Positions 19,993-27,373 of a stretch of DNA of 51,511 nucleotides are shown in pieces. A program made the position numbers and the translations under genes. Positions within the stretch are counted from its first letter, which is position 1, and each line of letters opens with the position of its first letter. The notes under the pieces were generated by a model. The model was not told the DNA's origin, did not search any database, and saw nothing but the letters and a program-made list of their open reading frames with translations. Origin of the DNA: Methylococcales bacterium. GTDB taxonomy: Bacteria; Pseudomonadota; Gammaproteobacteria; Methylococcales; DRLZ01. The stretch is from NCBI GenBank assembly GCA_036478815.1, contig JAZGEP010000209.1, forward strand, positions 1 through 51,511, in the 5' to 3' direction.

Positions 19993-22179
19993 ATGAAATA
20001 TTTTATTCCTATATTATCTTTGCTATTATTTATTTCAATATCAAATGCAGCATCCACAGAAGCTGGTGTACCCACAGCATTATCTCCGAGTGGAACAATC
20101 AGTACCAATCAACCAACATTCACGTGGACTGCAGTGCCTGAAACCAAGGTATATTTGGTTTATGCCGTAGACGCTGCTGGTGAACTTCCAGTCTGGAGAG
20201 CTGTGGGTGCTAACCAAGCTGGATGCGCATCCGGGACTGGATCTTGCTCGTATACTCATCCATCTGCTATTTTTGCAGAAGGCACAGGTGCTTTCTGGAA
20301 TGTCACTATATTTGACAGAGGTTTTGGCCCAGAAAGCAATACTCTGGAATTTACAGTGGATACAGGAGAAACAACGCCGGCGACACAAGCACCAACAGCT
20401 TTATCTCCGAGTGGTACGATTGATACAGATCAGCCGACTTTTACATGGACAGCCGTGCCAAACACAACATATTATGCGCTGTATGCAAGAGATGCTGAAG
20501 ATGTGCTACAAATCTGGAATATCGTAGGCGCTGATACAGCTGGCTGTGCCTCTGGGACAGGAAACTGTTCGTATACGCACGCACCCGCCACATTTGCAGA
20601 GGGTTCAGGTGGCTATTGGCTTGTCCTGACTGCAGACGATGAGTATGGCCCGGACAGTAATATTCTGGAATTCACAGTGGATACCAGTAATGTCAATCCT
20701 CCAGTTTCCGGCATACCGAAACAGTTGACACCAGATGGAACTATTAACACGAATACACCAACGTTCACTTGGGAGCCAGTGCCAGGTTTCACTAGCTATG
20801 CTATTTATGCAGTTGACTCGTCAGGTGAAGTCAAAGTTAATAATATTGTAGGTTGTACAACCAGTACATGTTTGTATAGTAAATCGGATTCAGTCTTTGC
20901 AGATGGCCCTGCTACATGGGAAATCAGAACTGAAGCTGATGATGGAACCAATGGCATATGGAGTGATATCCTGAATTTTACTGTGGATACAGACAGTAGT
21001 TGTGATCTATCTAAAGATTCTGATAACGATAGATTGCCAGATTGTTATGAAACAAATACAGGAGTATTCCTGAGTAACTTTGATACAGGAACTGATCCTA
21101 ACAAAGCAGATACGGATGGTGACGCAATTAATGATGGCGATGAAGTTCTGGGTACTCAGGCAGGTCTTGATTTACCTGGTATGGGTGTCAGTCCTGTTCA
21201 TAAGGATTTGTTAGTTGAGTATGACTGGTTTGAAGACGAGTTTCCTTGTAACTCTGGTGAACCACATTCACATCGACCTACTGAAGCGATAGTAAACCTT
21301 GTCTCGGCTGGTTTTTCTACAGCGCCTGCTGATCTCATCAACAATCCGGATGGACAACCTGGAGTGAATGTCATCCATGATTATGGCCAGGGTGGTTTGT
21401 TTACTGGCGGGAATTTTATCGATGATAACGATGGAATTATTGATGGTACACCCGATGCGAACAGTCAACAAGATGGAATATACTTTGAAAACATAAAAAA
21501 TCAAAATTTTGATGCTAACCGTCGTGGATATTTTTATCGTGTTTTATTGGCACACGCATTTGGAGAATTTAGTAACACTGTTTCAGGAACATCTGAATTA
21601 CCTGGTGATGATACGATTGTAGCAACACGCTGTGGAGAAGAGAATTTTCACCCTGGTGCAACGACTGAGCTAGTGATTGCAAGTACGATAATGCATGAAC
21701 TAGGACATAATTTAGGATTAAGACATGGGGGTGGTCAATTTTTAAATAGTGGGCCTGATATGAATTACAAGCCCAATTATAACTCCGTTATGAATTATCG
21801 CTTTCAATTTCCAGGAATTGATTCTGATTCAAGTTGCGATTCCCAGCCTGATGGGATAATCGGATTTTCCAATGGTACACGCTTATCATTAGATGAAAGT
21901 AATCTAGATGAAACCCAGGGAGTGTGTGGCAATATTCCAATTGACTTTAGTGGAGATGGTTTTTTTGATATCGGCATTCTGGCTGAAATAAACATCATAG
22001 AATCATTCGCTCAAAAAGATGATTTTATTGAATATACTGGTCAAGGCGATAATGAGACCCACACATTGCTTGATAACAATGATTGGGAAGATCTCGATTT
22101 TTATGCCAAGATCGAACATAGCAATGACGGTGCTGGATCAGGTGCCACATGGATGAAGTGTCAAGGAGGTGTTGAGTAA
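19993..22179 (+). CDS. secreted multidomain zinc metalloprotease (metzincin-type) with three N-terminal repeats and TSP3-like Ca-binding repeats
   Basis: 728 aa with SD AGAGGAAA and a signal peptide. Three ~107-aa repeats (20071-20361, 20392-20685, 20713-20991; core SPSGTI-T-QPTFTWTAVP ... LEFTVDT). Asp-rich DSDNDRLPDCYE / DPNKADTDGDAINDGDE. HELGHNLGLRH at 21694-21726 followed by a Met-turn-like SVMNY. Confidence 0.85.
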   Translation: MKYFIPILSLLLFISISNAASTEAGVPTALSPSGTISTNQPTFTWTAVPETKVYLVYAVDAAGELPVWRAVGANQAGCASGTGSCSYTHPSAIFAEGTGAFWNVTIFDRGFGPESNTLEFTVDTGETTPATQAPTALSPSGTIDTDQPTFTWTAVPNTTYYALYARDAEDVLQIWNIVGADTAGCASGTGNCSYTHAPATFAEGSGGYWLVLTADDEYGPDSNILEFTVDTSNVNPPVSGIPKQLTPDGTINTNTPTFTWEPVPGFTSYAIYAVDSSGEVKVNNIVGCTTSTCLYSKSDSVFADGPATWEIRTEADDGTNGIWSDILNFTVDTDSSCDLSKDSDNDRLPDCYETNTGVFLSNFDTGTDPNKADTDGDAINDGDEVLGTQAGLDLPGMGVSPVHKDLLVEYDWFEDEFPCNSGEPHSHRPTEAIVNLVSAGFSTAPADLINNPDGQPGVNVIHDYGQGGLFTGGNFIDDNDGIIDGTPDANSQQDGIYFENIKNQNFDANRRGYFYRVLLAHAFGEFSNTVSGTSELPGDDTIVATRCGEENFHPGATTELVIASTIMHELGHNLGLRHGGGQFLNSGPDMNYKPNYNSVMNYRFQFPGIDSDSSCDSQPDGIIGFSNGTRLSLDESNLDETQGVCGNIPIDFSGDGFFDIGILAEINIIESFAQKDDFIEYTGQGDNETHTLLDNNDWEDLDFYAKIEHSNDGAGSGATWMKCQGGVE

Positions 22180-22210
22180 AAAAACCTGATCTTTATCTAG
22201 AGTTCTTTAG

Positions 22211-22254
22211 AAAAGTCTCAGGGTTTGAAATTAAGACCCTGAGACTTTTGTTGT
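22211..22254 (+). terminator. intrinsic terminator downstream of the metalloprotease gene
   Basis: Perfect 14-bp stem AAAAGTCTCAGGGT / ACCCTGAGACTTTT (22211-22224 / 22236-22249), followed by a T-rich GTTGT. Confidence 0.7.
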
Positions 22255-22353
22255 ATATCTGTAATATTCTATATGTATTGTCTCTCCTTGGTGGGTAAAA
22301 CCTCCAGCTTCAGCAGACAGTTTCCAATATTAATGAGTTTAGCAAAAGTAATT

Positions 22354-22495
22354 GTTACTACTCAGCTTACCCTCTATTTATTCCAATAGCTGCGTTGAAA
22401 GTGCTCATTGACACCTATGTAACAATTTTATTAGCGCTTCTGTGGGGCCAAAGGACAAGTTAAAATTCGAAAGTTATTAAATCCTCACTTCTCGT
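22354..22495. repeat. composite of a D-type left half and an I/E-type right half
   Basis: TGTTACTACTCAGCTTACCCTCTATTTATTCCAATAGCTGCGTTGAAAGTGCTCATT, then ATTAGCGCTTCTGTGGGGCCAAAGGACAAGTTAAAATTCGAAAGTTATTAAATCCTCACTTCT (compare 41738-41790). Confidence 0.65.
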
Positions 22496-22612
22496 TCTCC
22501 ATTTTATTTTGAATCCAACCAAACAGATTTTCAATCGATTGGCTAATCCTGAAGACGGCTGTTGATAGCCATTATCGATCTGGATTGGCGTGTATTTGCA
22601 CACGAATATGTA

Positions 22613-22773
22613 TAAGTACCTGAGCATCATTAATTTAACATTTTACTGGTCTTTTTTCTCATCTTCGGCGTTGCAACAACAGTTACATAGCTCACTAGAG
22701 CTAAGTTGTTGCGCCTTGAAGATGAAAAAAAATCCTGCGCAAAATTGTTAAATTAATGATGCTCAGGTACTTA
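22613..22773. mobile_element. MITE, core-2, J-type termini
   Basis: TAAGTACCTGAGCATCATTAATTTAACA ... ACAGTTACATAGCTCACTAGAGC ... TGTTAAATTAATGATGCTCAGGTACTTA. Confidence 0.9.
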
Positions 22774-22835
22774 GAACGCTATTTTTAAGCTTGCGATCAG
22801 TTGTTAAAAAAATCAATCAAATTTATATAACCACC

Positions 22836-22879
22836 TGTGATCTAGATCATAGGTCGCCTAATCAAGCCTGTGTTTATAT
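22836..22879 (+). promoter_or_regulatory. CRP-like box TGTGATCTAGATCATA + TG-extended -10 (copy 2), upstream of secreted paralog 1
   Basis: Box at 22836-22851 (15/16 match to TGTGATCTAGATCACA). TGtTTATAT at 22871-22879. Lies ~190 bp upstream of ATG 23039. Confidence 0.5.
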
Positions 22880-23038
22880 TGGTATACAGCAATAAGAATT
22901 GGGCCTATAGCTATCTATATAACAGCATATTCTGGGCATCAATGAGGATATCTCTCTATCCGAATTTTTGGTTATTCCTTTAATTCGAGAAAGTTTTGTT
23001 TCTTAAAACGTTATGGTGACATGACCAAGGAGTGTGAC

Positions 23039-24898
23039 ATGAAAATACGCAATGCAAAACATCTAGCACCGATCATTTCAATACTCAGTATTTTACTTGC
23101 AACCACGGTGGTTAATGCTGCGAACGGTTATTTTGACTGTCCACTCAGCCCTACCGAATTTCAGGTAGCCATTCTCAATCCCGACCCTGGATCTGAATTA
23201 GGCGAATTTCCAGCAGATCTGGATGAAATACTGGGTTATGTACTACAAAACAATATCGGCACGGTAAAAGAATTGCTCGATCATTTGCCAGATCATATGC
23301 GTAAAAATTACGCTTTCGTGGCGGAAACCAGGGGTTTGAATGAAACCAGTGCCGATCAGCCTGGACTTATGCTGTTCGGATCAGATGGCCAATTTATGAT
23401 GAATATCGGTACCATACCGAGCTCCACTCTTTATGAAGTTGTCGACATTGCTTACCTAAATGAGGCAGGTGACTGGGAATTCAAGTCTCTGGATTTTCGT
23501 ACCAGTCCGCCCGTTTTAAGTCCTAATGGTGGCAATAATGCTGAGTGCCGAGAATGTCATGGTAAAGGTGGCGTAGACAGTAACGGTCCAATGCGTCCTT
23601 TCTGGGGAAATTACCTCGACTGGCCTGGCATCTTTTCAGACGACGGACAAGGCGGGGAAAAAATTACGCAGGCACAAGTTGCTGCGCTAACACGCATAAA
23701 AAATGGCACACAAAATCAGGAACGATTTCACAGTATTATTCCCACATTTCGATTTTTTGACACAGTTGATCAGCCGATTTTCTTACCTGATCGTCAATAT
23801 GGAAACAGCTTGACTGTAGCGAATAACGAAATGGGAAGCGCTGCAGTGGAAAGTATTTTCAAGCGTGCCAAACGTTCTCCACTTTATAACCAACTGAGGG
23901 AAGAATATCTGACCTTGGCATACTGTGGACGTGTCGGAGAAGTTTCCCCGGAGGATAAAACCAACCTCTCCAATTTGATTGAAAGCCTGGGTGGAACCAC
24001 TTCTGTATTATCTGCAAGTCTATTTAATGGCTGGATAGATATTGTCAGGTTATGGGGGCTTGATCCGCTGCACGAGTTTCCATTACATAAACTGACTAAA
24101 GAGCATGCGACGACTACCGTAAACGATACCAGATGGAATGCCAGTAGCGGGGATCTTGACGAGCAGTTAACTCTACTGGTGCTGTTAGATCTGGCCGCAC
24201 AGAATCCACAGGTCGATGTCATTCTGCGAAATAATCAATCGTCTTACGAAATGACTAACTGTGGAACGCTTTTTAGCAATCAGAAGGAGTACTTACAACA
24301 TAAAGTCTATGCAAATTTCACCTTGAAAGGCAATGCAAGACAGCTGGCTCGTTCCAGTTACTATGATATTAATTATACCCGCTTCACCCAGTCCATGGTG
24401 AATGTCAAAACCGAGCTATGTGACCTGTTAACCAGTGAGATAGGAACAGATACATTGCAACCAATAACACCTGTTGTGCTCCCAACTCAACCTGTTGATG
24501 ATCCTGCAGCCAATATACCCAATGACCCAGTCAATCAGATCGTCGATGCCTGCCAGCAAGGGCAGACTCCTGTTGGAAACATTCACTTAACTGCAGATAA
24601 CGCAGTCTGTTTGCAAGATGTTTCCAATGGTGATCAAAAACAAATGGCTCTCTTTGTACCCGATGACAAGGTGGGATCTACGTTGGAAATTATACTGAGC
24701 CACGGTAGTGGAAATGGCAATTTATTGCACAAACATGACAGCAGACCAACCAGTGCGGTATTTGATCATAGATCCAGTAATTCTGGAAATGAAGAAAAAA
24801 TACTGGTTCAGAATGTACAACGAAATTGGAACTATATCCATGTCCGCTCTGATCCAGCATTTTCTGGCGTTACTTTGCGAGTCCGTTTTATTCAGTAG
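23039..24898 (+). CDS. secreted protein of unknown family, paralog 1 (single CxxCH motif, degenerate PPC-like C-terminus)
   Basis: ATG 23039 is preceded by AAGGAG. Signal peptide IISILSILLATTVVNA. CRECH at 23546-23560. Pro/Thr linker, then a beta-rich C-terminal domain. Long blocks are identical to the next gene. Confidence 0.8.
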   Translation: MKIRNAKHLAPIISILSILLATTVVNAANGYFDCPLSPTEFQVAILNPDPGSELGEFPADLDEILGYVLQNNIGTVKELLDHLPDHMRKNYAFVAETRGLNETSADQPGLMLFGSDGQFMMNIGTIPSSTLYEVVDIAYLNEAGDWEFKSLDFRTSPPVLSPNGGNNAECRECHGKGGVDSNGPMRPFWGNYLDWPGIFSDDGQGGEKITQAQVAALTRIKNGTQNQERFHSIIPTFRFFDTVDQPIFLPDRQYGNSLTVANNEMGSAAVESIFKRAKRSPLYNQLREEYLTLAYCGRVGEVSPEDKTNLSNLIESLGGTTSVLSASLFNGWIDIVRLWGLDPLHEFPLHKLTKEHATTTVNDTRWNASSGDLDEQLTLLVLLDLAAQNPQVDVILRNNQSSYEMTNCGTLFSNQKEYLQHKVYANFTLKGNARQLARSSYYDINYTRFTQSMVNVKTELCDLLTSEIGTDTLQPITPVVLPTQPVDDPAANIPNDPVNQIVDACQQGQTPVGNIHLTADNAVCLQDVSNGDQKQMALFVPDDKVGSTLEIILSHGSGNGNLLHKHDSRPTSAVFDHRSSNSGNEEKILVQNVQRNWNYIHVRSDPAFSGVTLRVRFIQ

Positions 24899-25026
24899 TG
24901 AGCAATTATTCTGAATCTGTGAGCCTGATGTTTAAAAACTTATCATAGTGGGATTACCAGGTATATTTTATTTCGGTTATTGGAAAAAAGTATACCTGCC
25001 AGCCTGTGATAGTCAATAGATTGACA

Positions 25027-25190
25027 TTAGGGAGCTGGAAACAAATAATCATCCAATATTGCTGGTCTTTTTGTCCGTCTTCTGCGTTGTAGTAACAGTT
25101 ACATAGCCTGCTATGCGCCTGTTACTACCTCTTGAATACGAACAAAAATCCTGCCCAATATTGGACGATTATTTATTTCCAGCTCCCTTA
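25027..25190. mobile_element. MITE, core-2, G-type termini, TTA/TTA flanks, between the two paralog genes
   Basis: TTA-GGGAGCTGGAAACAAATAATCATCCAATATTG ... ACAGTTACATAGCCTGCTATGCGCCTGTT ... CAATATTGGACGATTATTTATTTCCAGCTCCC-TTA. Confidence 0.9.
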
Positions 25191-25252
25191 TTCTCGAAAC
25201 TTCTGGATTCAGGATTTATATCATGTCCCTCGTTATCAAAAAGGAGTGCGAA

Positions 25253-27076
25253 ATGAAAATACGAAAAGTATCAACTCTAGCATCAATTATTTCGGTCATT
25301 GGAGTTTTGTTTTTGACCATTACAGCAGATGTAACGGCCAATACTTATGAATGTCCGCTAAGTCCTACCGAGTTTCAAGTGTCCATTTCCAACCCGGATC
25401 CAGAACCTGAACCGGGGGAATTTCCGGCAGATTTGGATGAGATAATGGGTTATGTGCAGGAAAATAATATTAACTCAGTGAAAGAGTTGATGGATCATTT
25501 ACCCGAACACATGCGTAAAAATTATGCGTTCGTAGCGGAAACACGTGGCTTGGGACATACCAGTACTGAAGAACCGGGACTATTGTTGTTCGGATCAGAT
25601 GGCAGGTTTATGATGAACATGGATACCATGCCGATTTCTCCACGCTACAAAGTTGTTGATATGGCCTATCTCAATGAGAAAGGTGATTGGGAATTTAAGT
25701 CTTTGGATTTCAATATCAGCCCTCCTGTATTAAGCCCTGATGGAGGTAACAACGGTGAATGCCGTCAATGCCATGGACAAGGCGGCGTAAACAGCAACGG
25801 CCCAATGCGACCTTTTTGGGGAACTTATCAGGAGTGGCCCGGATTTTTTTCAGATACCATAGAAAGACAGGAAAGAGTTACACTTCAACAAGCATCTGTG
25901 TTGGCACGCATTGAGAATGGAATGCAAAATTCAGATCGGTTTCATAACCTAATTACCCGGGAGAAATATTTTTTTAAAATCGATCGGTATATTGATTTGC
26001 CTGATCGCGATTATGGCATCAGCCTGACTGTAGCGAATAACGAAATAGGTAGTGCAGCAGCTGAAAGCATTTTTAAGCGTGTTAAGCGTTCACAGCTTTA
26101 TAGTGAGCTGAGGGATGAATATCTGGCTTTGGCATACTGTGCCGGTCAGGGAGTACTCTCTTCAGAAGATAGAATAAATTACACCAGTCTTATACAATCC
26201 CTGGGAGGATCGACCGAAGGTATTACCAACAGATTTGATACTGGTTGGATTGATATCGTTCGGCTGTGGGGGCTGGACCCTTTGCATGAGTTTCCATTAC
26301 ACAAATTAACCCAGGAGTATGCAACGAATACCTTCGTAGAGACTAGATGGAATGTCGGTAACGGTGACCTGCCTGAACAATTGACTTTATTGATACTGTT
26401 AGATTTAGCCGAAAACAATACACAAGTTGATTCGATTCTGCGAAATAGCCAGACATCTTGGGAGATGGATGGTTGTGGAGTTCCCTTTAACAACATGAAG
26501 GAATACTTACAGCATAAAATCTACGCTAATTACACCTTAAAAGGAAATGCTCGACAACTTGCCCGTTCGAGTTACTACGATCAAAACTATCCTCGTTTCA
26601 GCCAATCTATGGAGAATGTCAAAACCGAACTATGCGATTTGCTAGTCAATGATTTTGGGTCTGACACGTCACCATCAACAGAACCTTCCCAGCCATCAGA
26701 ACCTATTGACGATAACAATCTTGATGACACTCCCACCAATAATTCAGATGGCGCATTGTTAGTGACAGGACAATCGGTTTCTATCACACAATCCGAGGAA
26801 GATGCCGAAGACACTTTTTACATAGACGTTCCTGCGGGTACCAACCGATTAGTCATTAGCATTACTGGTGAATTAAGTGATGCTAACTTGGGTAGTGCTA
26901 ATTTATATATTCGTCACGGTTCAAAACCAACCTTATCTGCTTTTGATTGTCGTCCTTACTTCAATGGCAACAATGAAATTTGTAACCAGGAGAATCCGGC
27001 AGCGGGTCGATGGTATGTCACAATTGTAGCATTTGATGCTTATTCCGAAGTTAAGTTGAAAGCTATTATTGAGTAG
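25253..27076 (+). CDS. secreted protein of unknown family, paralog 2 (single CxxCH motif, C-terminal PPC domain)
   Basis: ATG 25253 is preceded by AAAGGAG, in the same RBS context as paralog 1. Signal peptide. CRQCH at 25760-25774. C-terminal pre-peptidase (PPC)-like pattern FYIDVPAGTNRLVISITG...ANLYIRHGSKPTLSAFDCRPY..GNNEICN...GRWYVTIVAFDAYSEV. Confidence 0.8.
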   Translation: MKIRKVSTLASIISVIGVLFLTITADVTANTYECPLSPTEFQVSISNPDPEPEPGEFPADLDEIMGYVQENNINSVKELMDHLPEHMRKNYAFVAETRGLGHTSTEEPGLLLFGSDGRFMMNMDTMPISPRYKVVDMAYLNEKGDWEFKSLDFNISPPVLSPDGGNNGECRQCHGQGGVNSNGPMRPFWGTYQEWPGFFSDTIERQERVTLQQASVLARIENGMQNSDRFHNLITREKYFFKIDRYIDLPDRDYGISLTVANNEIGSAAAESIFKRVKRSQLYSELRDEYLALAYCAGQGVLSSEDRINYTSLIQSLGGSTEGITNRFDTGWIDIVRLWGLDPLHEFPLHKLTQEYATNTFVETRWNVGNGDLPEQLTLLILLDLAENNTQVDSILRNSQTSWEMDGCGVPFNNMKEYLQHKIYANYTLKGNARQLARSSYYDQNYPRFSQSMENVKTELCDLLVNDFGSDTSPSTEPSQPSEPIDDNNLDDTPTNNSDGALLVTGQSVSITQSEEDAEDTFYIDVPAGTNRLVISITGELSDANLGSANLYIRHGSKPTLSAFDCRPYFNGNNEICNQENPAAGRWYVTIVAFDAYSEVKLKAIIE

Positions 27077-27096
27077 CATTAATCCATTCATAGAGC

Positions 27097-27131
27097 AGGA
27101 ACGTGTAAGAAATAATTTCTTACACGTTCCT
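27097..27131 (+). terminator. perfect 16-bp hairpin after paralog 2 (MITE-terminus-like mini-palindrome; possible terminator)
   Basis: AGGAACGTGTAAGAAA-TAA-TTTCTTACACGTTCCT. The arms resemble the A-type MITE terminus GGAACGTGCATGAAATAAC. No T-tract follows. Confidence 0.35.
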
Positions 27132-27373
27132 CTATGTGGGAAAATAAATATCTTTTTTGGAGGATAGGTGAAATAACCATTTATCTATTCTCATTAAATC
27201 CTCACTCCTTAGTGTATGGCTAAGGGATCCCGATACCAGGTGTTTTTAAGAATTTTATCACTTGCATATGCTGAATTCTGAATTGCAATGAATAGATTGA
27301 GTATATACTGATATATCTGGAAAACCATCCGGCGTGTAGTCAAATATTATTACTACTTTCTGAAGGACTCCTT

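Noticed and set aside
19719-20108. 129-aa - strand ORF overlapping the metalloprotease start
   Set aside because: AT-rich, low-complexity translation that runs antisense to a well-supported gene and across its RBS. It is a shadow ORF.
24915-25020. Possible degenerate CRP half-sites upstream of paralog 2 (TGTGA at 24918 with TCATA 20 nt away; TGTGATAGTCAATAGA at 25005-25020)
   Set aside because: The spacing is wrong or the second half-site is poor, and there is no conserved flanking block or -10 at the right distance. Paralog 2 may be co-transcribed with paralog 1 instead.
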